The position numbers and the translations under genes are program-made. A stretch of 64,000 nucleotides of DNA. Source: Nitrososphaeraceae archaeon. GTDB lineage: Archaea > Thermoproteota > Nitrososphaeria > Nitrososphaerales > Nitrososphaeraceae. The stretch is taken from contig DATGZA010000075.1 in the NCBI GenBank assembly GCA_035297365.1, forward strand, positions 46,249 through 110,248, written 5' to 3'. Below are positions 30,957 to 39,723 of the stretch, piece after piece. Numbering within the stretch: the first letter of the stretch is position 1; every line of letters starts with the position of its first letter. Under the pieces are notes generated by a model. It saw nothing but the letters and a program-made list of their open reading frames with translations. It was not told where the DNA came from and did not search any database.

Positions 30957-31564
30957 ATGTATAATACGACATCCGGCACCAATTACAATAACACGGATAA
31001 TGAAAATGAATTAAGTTTTACCGTAGATGCACGAATAGATAATAAAAATACAATAATAATAGACTCTATTAAACAACAGGACCAATTGAGAAATAAAGGG
31101 TTTGGCGAAAAAATAAAAGAAAAATTTATTATTGAAGCGTATGAAGCTCTTTTTCTTTTATATAACAAAAGATTAATTTTAAAAAAAAAAAGACAAAATT
31201 AGATTTTTCACAACTTTCTGAAATGTTATTGAAGGGTGACATTTCAATATTTACAAAATTTCTCATATATAGAGATCTAAGAAGTCGAGGGTATGTGGCG
31301 AAGGAAGGATTCGGATTTGGTTTAGATTTTCGTGTTTATGAAAGAGGAGAATATCTAAAAAAACCTGCTAAATATGTAGTTTTTGGAATTAATGAAGGAT
31401 TGAATATTCAGAGTAGGCATTTATATGAGAATATTAATTCGATTGAGAAAATGGGAAAAGAAGGGATAATTGCTGTAATTGAGAGAAGAGGAGAAATAAT
31501 CTATTATAAGATAAATAGAAAAAAATTTGAAACTAATAACAAATCGATTTCACTTTCTCAATAA
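30957..31564 (+). CDS. endA: tRNA-intron endonuclease subunit (probably structural/beta), split by a -1 frameshift at the A11 run 31181-31191
   Basis: N part (GFG...YEALFL) and C part (YRDLRSRGY.AKEGFGFGLDFRVY) join as LILKKKKTKLDFSQLSEM if one A is added; catalytic His absent (KKPAKY). Confidence 0.85.
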
Positions 31565-31655
31565 TAAAAAAAGTGCAACTAGCAGATGTAAAAATAAAAA
31601 AATTAAGATAGAGAATAATATATTTTTTATATACGTTATTCCGTCTAAGATGATC

Positions 31656-31745
31656 TGTGGGATAATGATGATCACGATAGTCCCCCTATTATAAGGGATT
31701 ATTCCCTGTAAAATGAAGAAAGATACCGGACTACTGAGTTCCATA
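31656..31745 (+). ncRNA. Box C/D guide sRNA with an extra internal hairpin
   Basis: 8-bp terminal stem TGTGGGAT/GTTCCATA (with G-U), box C ATGATGA 31665-31671, C' ATGAAGA 31713-31719, box D CTGA 31734-31737; TATA-like TTTTATATA about 25 nt upstream. Confidence 0.75.
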
Positions 31746-31748
31746 AAA

Positions 31749-31824
31749 TGCTCCGACCGGGATTTGAACCCGGGATCGTCGCCTTGAGAGGGCGAAATGC
31801 TTAACCGGACTACACCATCGGAGC
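31749..31824 (-). tRNA. tRNA-Glu(CTC)
   Basis: GCTCCGA/TCGGAGC-A acceptor, anticodon arm TCGCC-CTCTCAA-GGCGA, TTCAAAT T-loop. Confidence 0.96.
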
Positions 31825-31971
31825 TCAACAACAATAGAAACCTTGTCAATATAAAAATTCTGTTAGTGCTAAGTAAAAATAAATTTAACAAAGTCCATTA
31901 TGATTTGAACGATTAGTAAAAGGATTCAGGAAATTTAATACTTCAAGAAAAATAAATTTTATAACTGAAAT

Positions 31972-32214
31972 TTAAACAGTTATAACAGGGGCTTCTAGTG
32001 GTTCAACGGTTTTTTTGGTTTTAGCACGTAACTTCGCTTTATATTTTAGATTACGTGGTTTAGTTCTCAATCGATAACCACAACATGGGCACCACAATCC
32101 ATCCCATTTTATGAAGATTTCACAAATTTGGCAGCGTTTTTGTCCGCTGGCATACCTTCCAGAACCTACTGGTTTCTGAGCTTTGTGTCTAACGCAAATA
32201 CCTTTACAAGTCAT
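31972..32214 (-). CDS. Conserved thaumarchaeal small Zn-finger protein
   Basis: CKGIC, RCQIC, WCPCCGYRLR, basic tail. Confidence 0.8.
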   Translation of the reverse strand: MTCKGICVRHKAQKPVGSGRYASGQKRCQICEIFIKWDGLWCPCCGYRLRTKPRNLKYKAKLRAKTKKTVEPLEAPVITV

Positions 32215-32336
32215 TGGTATATATATATCTTAAACGAGTATTTAAATATGAATAAAGTTATATTATGATAAAATTTAATAAACTATGAGAAAAATTATTA
32301 AAAAATAAAAAAAATATCAATGTTTAGAAATTTTTT

Positions 32337-32591
32337 TTAACTAACTGATATGCTCTTTGCTTGAAACGCTTCGTTCATAGAAACGTATTCTTCTATTTTC
32401 ATCTTGATATCATCTGGATCAGTATCATCCATTCCCGAAAATCCTGCCTTAAATGAGATTGTATTTCCAGAAACGTTTACATTGTCCACTTCCATGTCTG
32501 CATAAACATTTGATAATTCAGTAACCCAGTCCTTAGCTTCTTGTGAGTCTATTCCATTGGTGTCAATATTTACATTTAGCATTTTTGTCAT
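32337..32591 (-). CDS. Small acidic conserved hypothetical protein
   Basis: Compact ORF with good coding composition and upstream AT-rich promoter. Confidence 0.75.
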   Translation of the reverse strand: MTKMLNVNIDTNGIDSQEAKDWVTELSNVYADMEVDNVNVSGNTISFKAGFSGMDDTDPDDIKMKIEEYVSMNEAFQAKSISVS

Positions 32592-32675
32592 TCAAATACA
32601 CCTAACTGAATTATGAAAAAGACATTAATAAATTTGACTAATATAGCTTATAAATATCGAGTAAAAATTTAAAAG

Positions 32676-32840
32676 CTATTCTTTTTCATCAAATCTCCAA
32701 TATTTTATGAGTTCTTTTTCAAATTTTGAAAACTGATTATCATTTAATGATTCTCCGCAATTTTTATGAGTCGGTACTACTCTCATTCCTGCTAGTTTGA
32801 AATCAACCTCATAAAAATGAACAGAAGGACAGTCACACAT
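32676..32840 (-). CDS. 54-aa small protein missed by the ORF track (MCDCPSVHFYEVDFKLAGMRVVPTHKNCGESLNDNQFSKFEKELIKYWRFDEKE)
   Basis: ATG 32840 to TAG 32676 in frame; CxC...HxxC metal motif; fills the gap in a co-oriented gene string. Confidence 0.75.
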   Translation of the reverse strand: MCDCPSVHFYEVDFKLAGMRVVPTHKNCGESLNDNQFSKFEKELIKYWRFDEKE

Positions 32841-32953
32841 TACATGACAATATAAATGCTATCCATTTATATTCTTATTAGCCTTGAAATCTCGTCTAAA
32901 AAATCATGAAATATAATAAACATTTATGAATCCTTTTTTAGTTATTATCTTAT

Positions 32954-34027
32954 ATGAAAAAGCATTCATTGATTCAATTTGGATCAAAAATGTCAGTCAA
33001 AATAATTTGTCTCACTTTGGTATTGTCATTAGGAACAATATTTATGACTTTACCTGATTCACAAGCTGAAGACAATAATTGGTATGTTGGAGAAGGAGTG
33101 AAAAAGGATATGTACGTAAAGTATTTAGTCGGATTTTATGATACTAATAATGGAAGACCATTTGAGATAACTATATATTTCAAAGATCTAGATGAAAAGG
33201 GAAATTGGATTGCTCCAGTATTTGTTGAAGATCAGGGAAAAGTTATACAAGGAACATTTAGGCTTAGTCCACTTGACTTGACTGCATTAGGAACATCAGA
33301 AATACCTCCAGAGATGGGAAAGTATAGAAGTGCTTATGCTAATTCGTTACAATGGCTTGCAGCATATGTACCTAAACCAGGATTATCACTCAACGCAGGT
33401 TCATGGGGCAAAATAGGATCAATTGGCGGTTCAGAAATCAAACCAGTAGGTTCTCAACAATTAACAATACCAGCATTTTCTGAACCGATAGACACAACCA
33501 GAGTGGAATATTATAAATCCGTTTCAAGTAATATTTACATAAAAAATGAATTTCCATATCCAGTTATGGCCAAAACATTTGTAGATGTAACTACTGGAAG
33601 TCCTCCTGTTCAGTTTGAATTTATATTGGAAAAGACAGGAACTGGTGAACCACCTATTCCAGAAATGGCTAATTTTGAAGCTACCCCGCCACTACTTGAA
33701 AGAACAGAGAGAGGGGCTTATTATGTACAATTGGATTGGAATCCGGTACCCATTCTTGCTGGAAACGAAACAACATTTACAATAGACTTTCTTGATAAAG
33801 ACCATTTCCCATTATCAACGGTAAGTTATAACCTAAAATTGACTGGATCTAACAATACATCAATAGCGGACTTGAAAAATCAATTTGCTCCAGATGGAAC
33901 AAAAGCTCATAAATTTACGTTCGAGAAACCAACATTAGTTAATGTAGAAGTAACGATCAATAGTGTAAGAGGTGTCGATACAGGAGCATTCGTCGAGAAA
34001 ACTGATTTTACAGTAAATGTAAATTAG
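32954..34027 (+). CDS. Exported protein with signal peptide and C-terminal Ig-like domain
   Basis: Signal peptide ending SQA; beta-rich; C-terminal domain of the type common in thaumarchaeal surface proteins. Confidence 0.75.
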   Translation: MKKHSLIQFGSKMSVKIICLTLVLSLGTIFMTLPDSQAEDNNWYVGEGVKKDMYVKYLVGFYDTNNGRPFEITIYFKDLDEKGNWIAPVFVEDQGKVIQGTFRLSPLDLTALGTSEIPPEMGKYRSAYANSLQWLAAYVPKPGLSLNAGSWGKIGSIGGSEIKPVGSQQLTIPAFSEPIDTTRVEYYKSVSSNIYIKNEFPYPVMAKTFVDVTTGSPPVQFEFILEKTGTGEPPIPEMANFEATPPLLERTERGAYYVQLDWNPVPILAGNETTFTIDFLDKDHFPLSTVSYNLKLTGSNNTSIADLKNQFAPDGTKAHKFTFEKPTLVNVEVTINSVRGVDTGAFVEKTDFTVNVN

Positions 34028-34079
34028 AAAGAAAATAATTTTTTTAATTATTTTTTATTGAATCTATTCTTTTCAAAGT

Positions 34080-34784
34080 ATGTCTCCAAAAAAAAGAGTC
34101 ATTCTAATAATTTGTGTTTTTATTGTAACCTCTATAATAGTCAATTTAACAATCATAGCATATAACGGAGGTTTTAGCAACGGTAATTTGGTTACCTCTA
34201 CTGGATCTAAAAATCTATGGAAGGCGGGTAAGAATATAAAACCCGGAGATTTCATGGTTTATGAACTACAAACAAAAGATAATCAAAACAATACTCAAAA
34301 TAGAATCGTAAATATCTCTTTTTACGACAAAGCAAATGAATATTGGAATACCCGGTTCATTATTTCAAACCAAACTGGAAATATTATAAATTTTGTAGAA
34401 AACTTATCTAAGTCAAATCTGTTAGTAAAAGACCCCGATGAGAGGAATAAAGAATATTTCAAAGAAATTGAAACAACAATTTTATCAATAAGGGATGTAA
34501 CGAGAGAACAAAAATACCTAGTAATAGGAGCCCAATGGGATACAATTTCCTCCGGCGTTTCCACCATTCCATTGAAAATAACTTCAAATCAAGACATAGA
34601 AACCCCTATAGGAAAAGTAAACGTATATGTTTTAAACTACAGGATAAACAATACCAACAATAACATATTGATTTCAGAAAAATTTCCATTACCGATAAAA
34701 GCAGATATTCATGATGAAGAAGGCAAAATAATATTCAAATATTTAATAAAAAAGACAAATATTAAATCTTCTTTAAATACATAA
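34080..34784 (+). CDS. Membrane-anchored exported protein, paralogous to the N-domain of the upstream gene
   Basis: N-terminal TM; shared W..G..(I/V)K....V.Y and FP.P(I/V).A motifs. Confidence 0.7.
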   Translation: MSPKKRVILIICVFIVTSIIVNLTIIAYNGGFSNGNLVTSTGSKNLWKAGKNIKPGDFMVYELQTKDNQNNTQNRIVNISFYDKANEYWNTRFIISNQTGNIINFVENLSKSNLLVKDPDERNKEYFKEIETTILSIRDVTREQKYLVIGAQWDTISSGVSTIPLKITSNQDIETPIGKVNVYVLNYRINNTNNNILISEKFPLPIKADIHDEEGKIIFKYLIKKTNIKSSLNT

Positions 34785-35273
34785 ATTAAAAAGTTGTTTA
34801 TTTTTCTTTGACACAAAAACCTCAGCTAAAAGCCAATTTATATAATTTTCTATATAAGAGTCAATTAAACACCAAATGTGTACAGAACCTGGAAGTATTT
34901 CAATTCTGCCATTTTTTAGAATAACCCTTACTCCTTCTTTACTCTCATACATATATGCATCTAAGACTTGAGCTCCAGGAATACTAGCTGCCGCTTTAGA
35001 TTTGACTATTTCTCGGGATATTATAAAATTTTTTCTAAATTTATCTACAATGATACCAATATTTTCACGACCATATAAGTCAAAATCACTTATTTTTCTG
35101 GAGTCTGGAAAATGTAATTGCAAATCCAAATTATACCTTTTCCCCACAAAATGTGCGATTTCGTTTATCCTTGCAAATGCAAGATTTGAATTTTTTCTAG
35201 CCAATTCTTCTAAAACGGCTTTGTTAGCCATGAAATTAAATCGCAAATCACTAATAAGATCTGAGAAGATCAT
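34773..35273 (-). CDS. Conserved hypothetical protein
   Basis: Long ORF; likely start at MANKAVLEE. Confidence 0.65.
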   Translation of the reverse strand: MIFSDLISDLRFNFMANKAVLEELARKNSNLAFARINEIAHFVGKRYNLDLQLHFPDSRKISDFDLYGRENIGIIVDKFRKNFIISREIVKSKAAASIPGAQVLDAYMYESKEGVRVILKNGRIEILPGSVHIWCLIDSYIENYINWLLAEVFVSKKNKQLFNLCI

Positions 35274-35335
35274 ATTTAGAAGAGTTTCATAACATATTTA
35301 TATATTATACATATCTAACAATAATTTTTAATGCT

Positions 35336-35965
35336 ATGTTAAAAAGTGGAAGTGGACAAGACAGGATAGAAAATATCAATAATTACAAGCTGATATGTAC
35401 TGATTTTATCAAGGACCTATCTATAGATTACATTGGATGGATAGAAAGATATGATCTCGAAGAAAAAGAAAATAAAAAGAGAAAAGAAGCAATCAAGGAG
35501 ATAGTAGAAAAATCGAATAATTGGATTTATTCGTTCGGAAATTCAATAAAGAAAATAGATATAATAATGAATGATGGCATAAATAAGATGGCTGAAACTA
35601 CAGCAGGATACCCATTTAAATTTGACATATATATTAAAAATATGTTTAGGTATACTTATCACGAGATCGGAAAAATAAATATAAATTTAAAAGCAATCCC
35701 CAGGCCAGAAAATCAAATAAGATTGGGAAAATATGATGACATAAATTCACTACTAATTAATTCATCATCAACCGTTAATTACACAATAAGTAAAAATAGT
35801 TTTGAATTAGTCGATGTGTTAGATGATTTTATTGTTATTGATGCAACCAAATGTTCTGATAAGGATGTCATATCATTCACCACAATAGTAGAGGAATGTA
35901 AAAATGATTTTGTATCCGAAAAGAGAGGATATTCAACCATCATTTCTGTAAACCAAAATTCATGA
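35336..35965 (+). CDS. Hypothetical protein
   Basis: 209-aa ORF divergent from the previous gene. Confidence 0.6.
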   Translation: MLKSGSGQDRIENINNYKLICTDFIKDLSIDYIGWIERYDLEEKENKKRKEAIKEIVEKSNNWIYSFGNSIKKIDIIMNDGINKMAETTAGYPFKFDIYIKNMFRYTYHEIGKININLKAIPRPENQIRLGKYDDINSLLINSSSTVNYTISKNSFELVDVLDDFIVIDATKCSDKDVISFTTIVEECKNDFVSEKRGYSTIISVNQNS

Positions 35966-36005
35966 AAAGATACTTTAAATAACGAAGAGTTCAGATTTCG
36001 TATGT

Positions 36006-36080
36006 GCGACGGTCGTCCAGTTTGGTCTAGGACATCAGATTGCCAATCTGGTAACCCGGGTTCAAATCCCGGTCGTCGCA
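36006..36080 (+). tRNA. tRNA-Gly(GCC)
   Basis: GCGACGG/TCGTCGC-A acceptor, anticodon loop TT-GCC-AA, TTCAAAT; TTTAAATA promoter box upstream. Confidence 0.96.
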
Positions 36081-36111
36081 TATTTTTAGATCAAATTTAA
36101 TAAGGTACTAT

Positions 36112-36333
36112 TTAATCAAATCCAGTTCCACATGCACATAGACCATTCTCGTCAACACCTCCATCACATATTGGACACACCGCAATGTATTTGGATTCCC
36201 AAACTGATTTTCCAAATAAATGAAAATGCGTGTCGATATCCTTTGGAATTTCAAAATCCTCTAATTTATAAGATATTTCATTATCAGAAGATTTAGACTT
36301 TACATTTTTTTTATGTCTCTTATTTGGATACAA
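36112..36333 (-). CDS. Small protein with C-terminal CPIC...CACG Zn motif
   Basis: Cys pattern; last gene of a four-gene minus-strand string. Confidence 0.65.
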   Translation of the reverse strand: MYPNKRHKKNVKSKSSDNEISYKLEDFEIPKDIDTHFHLFGKSVWESKYIAVCPICDGGVDENGLCACGTGFD

Positions 36334-36338
36334 CTGAT

Positions 36339-36794
36339 TTATTCACTTTTTTTATAGTACGATCTTTTAATATTATTCCTAATAATATTAATGGCATTTT
36401 CTATCTTATCTCTATTTGGAAGCTGAATCATAAACAAATTAGAAGAGTATTTAGTAGAATATTCCTTCGGGATAATGGCTAATAGACCGTTTCGGTACAG
36501 ACTATCGAAAAATTCTAATGATGTATTGGCATGCATCAAAAAATTTTCCTCAATGCCCAAATTAATCATTTCTAATTGTATATCTACAAAAACATAATAA
36601 CCATCATAAAAAATATTTAGCAGAACTTCAACAATATATTTTTTTCCGAAAGATTTTTGGATAATATTTTCATAAGCGTTTTCATTTAAGTAAATGCAAG
36701 GTACTTTATTACCTTCATAATCAATCACCCCAAAACCTTCTTTATGCAAATTTGTCAAGAAATCATTTACATCGTTAAATTTCCGAAATCTCAC
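36339..36794 (-). CDS. Hypothetical protein
   Basis: 151-aa ORF tightly packed between the ATPase and the Zn protein. Confidence 0.65.
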   Translation of the reverse strand: MRFRKFNDVNDFLTNLHKEGFGVIDYEGNKVPCIYLNENAYENIIQKSFGKKYIVEVLLNIFYDGYYVFVDIQLEMINLGIEENFLMHANTSLEFFDSLYRNGLLAIIPKEYSTKYSSNLFMIQLPNRDKIENAINIIRNNIKRSYYKKSE

Positions 36795-36855
36795 AATAAA
36801 AAATTCAAGAGAATCACTTTTATTTCTTTTTCTTTTTGGATAACGTAGGATTAGA

Positions 36856-38475
36856 TTAGTTTAGATTGATTGATTTAGCTAATAAAATAGCTCTCTTAGT
36901 ATCTTCATTTGTACTAATATTAGCTTTTAATTTATAAGCATAATACAACAAGTCGATTATTTTGTTACGATCCAAAGTTATTTTATGTGTTTCAGAAACG
37001 GCTATATTAGAACCAGAGAACACACTGCTTCCATCAGAAGCGAATTCTGCAATATTGTTAAGAGATAAATTTTGTTTAAATAAAAGGGCACCAGAATTAC
37101 CTGAAATAGAAATTGCTGATGTTTCATTCAGCTCATTGCCGAAAATTTCAATATCGTCATGCGAAAAATAATAATTTTCATAGTGAGGATCGATTTGTTT
37201 AATTGATTCTAAAAGAGTTTTAATAGAAGTTATAATTTCCTGCTTTAAATCAACTACAGAGATCATATGATTTTTAATTTTAATGAATTCTGAAATAGAA
37301 ATATTCATTATACTGCCTTTTATCTTCAGACCAGGATAAGTACTCTTTAGAGCTTCATCTATTGAATCTTCAGTAACTGATTGCAGATTTTTATGACGAG
37401 CTATTTCAAAAGAATTGTACATTATATTCAAAATTGAACGAATATTTCTAAAATCAAAATCATCGTATAATATCTTCAATTTAGACAATAAATCTTTTAT
37501 GTCGGCTTGCGATAAACCGGAGTATTGATTATAATACCTTATATATTCAAGAACAATGTCTGAAATTTCTTCAAAGGAATTTGATCCCGCTAAATCAATT
37601 TTATAATTAGCCTTTTCTAGTCTATCAAAAACAGAACTATCCTTCATCCCAATTCCGTTATATGCGAAGGGAGTGGAAATTAACATGAGAATTGTATATG
37701 GGAGGTGTGTGTTTATCAAAGCTTTTACGAAAGATAATGTATCACTAGTTGCGTCGAATTCATCAAACTGGAATATAGAAATCTTGTTTAGTAGTTTTAG
37801 ATTAAGGCGAGACAGTAACGATAACCTATTTATCATATCAAGTAATGTAATAGAGTCATAAGAATCGAATTTATTTTGTATTATTTTCTTGATTATCACT
37901 AAATCCGATGACGAGAATTCGCCTTCGAATAAAGAATCGATTTTATCAATATTGAGATCTGTCTTATTTGCTATAATTTGAAGAACTTTATTTTCCAAAC
38001 CTTTACCAGATAAAGACTCCAAAAAGCCAAGTTTAAAAATTTTTTTTGCAAGTTTATTATTACTTTTGCTTTTATCTAGTATATAAAATAGTATTTCTTT
38101 CCTTAGCATTCCCAGATAATCATTGTCAAAACCATGGATCATTGATTGATAAATACTCGGAATATTTTTAGGATAAATTTGAGATAAATCAAGATAAGAA
38201 AAAATAGCTTTCTCTTTCAGATCCGATATTTTTACGTGGAGAGTTAAATGTGTCTTCCCAGATCCTACATCTTGAACTATCGTAACTATTCGAAACTTAT
38301 TATTATCATTATTGATTCTATCTATATTATAAATATCTTCAAGGCAGGAAATAATAGAATTTTTTGCATCATTATGTCTTTTACCTCCCAAAATCCTAGA
38401 GTCATCTATACTAGGAGTAGGACTGCTAGGAAAAGGATTATGACGTAGACGATATGGATACAATTTTATAAACAC
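36856..38475 (-). CDS. Uncharacterised AAA+/P-loop ATPase
   Basis: N-terminal LRHNPFP, Walker A QDVGSGKTH, Walker B IFQFDEFD, Arg finger VFDRL, sensor-2-like RNIRS. Confidence 0.85.
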   Translation of the reverse strand: MFIKLYPYRLRHNPFPSSPTPSIDDSRILGGKRHNDAKNSIISCLEDIYNIDRINNDNNKFRIVTIVQDVGSGKTHLTLHVKISDLKEKAIFSYLDLSQIYPKNIPSIYQSMIHGFDNDYLGMLRKEILFYILDKSKSNNKLAKKIFKLGFLESLSGKGLENKVLQIIANKTDLNIDKIDSLFEGEFSSSDLVIIKKIIQNKFDSYDSITLLDMINRLSLLSRLNLKLLNKISIFQFDEFDATSDTLSFVKALINTHLPYTILMLISTPFAYNGIGMKDSSVFDRLEKANYKIDLAGSNSFEEISDIVLEYIRYYNQYSGLSQADIKDLLSKLKILYDDFDFRNIRSILNIMYNSFEIARHKNLQSVTEDSIDEALKSTYPGLKIKGSIMNISISEFIKIKNHMISVVDLKQEIITSIKTLLESIKQIDPHYENYYFSHDDIEIFGNELNETSAISISGNSGALLFKQNLSLNNIAEFASDGSSVFSGSNIAVSETHKITLDRNKIIDLLYYAYKLKANISTNEDTKRAILLAKSINLN

Positions 38476-39218
38476 CTTACAAAGCCATGCAATAATCCAC
38501 GAATAATTATTCCCTCTTCCCCGCCAGAAGACAACTCGTAATTATTTTTGAATTGATCTATCAATTCTTTTGTATAATAGTAAAATTGTTTCTCCGTTAG
38601 TTCGTGTTTTAGACAAAGATCATTTCGAACTATAGATAATGCCACCCATCCAATTGAACCAGCATTTTTTGAAATCGATAAATCGAAATCAAGTTTAAAA
38701 GTATTTAAATCAATTGTTTTTTCTGGTTTTGAATCCGACTCCTCATATCGTTGGTTACTGTTCGTTAATAAAGAATCCATTAGTAAAATGAGTCGACCGT
38801 CCAGTTTTTCAACATGTTTATTGACTGAGGAAGACAGTCCATGAAATGAATCTTGTAAATCTTTCAAAAGCTCGTAAATATATTTAAATTTAGCGTCGGA
38901 ATTAATAAGATATTGAAAATAGTTATCTTTATGCCAATAGTAATATGTATTGGCTTTTTTGCCAATAATTACTTCTCCAGTTTTAAGCCATTCTTCAATT
39001 TTTTTATCAAAGTCTGTACCCGGAAATTCTTTTTTTAAGGCAATCCTCTTTACCCCTTCTTCACCTGAAGAAAAAATTTTGTCAAATATTTTTTCCTCTA
39101 AAGACATGGAATACATTTTTAATTTTCTTATAAAAGATACTGGGTGATAATAGATAAAATAATTAGTGAATTTAATTTTACTATCAACTACCTTGGATTT
39201 ATTCTCAAATTGCAACAA
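38466..39218 (-). CDS. wHTH / coiled-coil / wHTH protein overlapping the ATPase; probable start ATG 39116 or 39107
   Basis: N-terminal wHTH-like (LKKEF...GEVIIGKKANTYYY), heptad region, C-terminal GWVALSIVR...YELSSGGEEGIIIRGLLHG. Confidence 0.72.
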   Translation of the reverse strand: MLQFENKSKVVDSKIKFTNYFIYYHPVSFIRKLKMYSMSLEEKIFDKIFSSGEEGVKRIALKKEFPGTDFDKKIEEWLKTGEVIIGKKANTYYYWHKDNYFQYLINSDAKFKYIYELLKDLQDSFHGLSSSVNKHVEKLDGRLILLMDSLLTNSNQRYEESDSKPEKTIDLNTFKLDFDLSISKNAGSIGWVALSIVRNDLCLKHELTEKQFYYYTKELIDQFKNNYELSSGGEEGIIIRGLLHGFVRCL

Positions 39219-39316
39219 AATAGTCTTTGTAAAATTTTACTCTATTTTCCCAATAAAATAATTAACAATTATTAATAATACAGATCAAATTTGAAATAAA
39301 ATCCATTATTTATTAA

Positions 39317-39370
39317 CGGGATGATGAAAACTTTGCTGATCGATGATGAAAGCACTAGGGTATCTGACCG
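39317..39370 (+). ncRNA. Box C/D guide sRNA
   Basis: All four consensus boxes: C ATGATGA 39321-39327, D' CTGA 39336-39339, C' ATGATGA 39343-39349, D CTGA 39364-39367; terminal CGG/CCG stem. Confidence 0.85.
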
Positions 39371-39723
39371 GTTAAGCTTTTATAGATTTAATAAAAACTT
39401 TTAGACATTTTACAGCTCATTAAGAATTAGTATAGTCGAAAACCAGAGATTATTCAATATTCTTATCGTGGTTTTGCTTCAACATAAATATGATTTTTTA
39501 TACTCGTGTGTTGATTTAAAATAGATCTCATGTTGAGAATATCCACTTTCTATGCAACTAAATTTATGGAATTCTATACCTTGTTGCCTAAATCGTTGTT
39601 CCTAACCCATTTAGCTAACCTATCTTAGTCATAATATGTGAACAGGAGAAATTATGAGTAGTCTCTAGTAAAAAGAGATAAGACATTACTTGATATTAAC
39701 GTTATTCATATAAAATAAATAGA

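Noticed and set aside
31550-31891. ORFs 31550-31891 and 35779-36081 (minus)
   Set aside because: They overlap tRNA genes and an sRNA; spurious translations
39500-39620. IS5-end-like motifs (TATGCAAC, TGTTGCCTAA) suggesting a MITE
   Set aside because: Short, degenerate matches with no convincing paired ends or target duplication
36080-39700. Integrated element at the tRNA-Gly 3' end carrying the ATPase operon
   Set aside because: No integrase and no duplicated tRNA 3' end (att site) visible at the distal side
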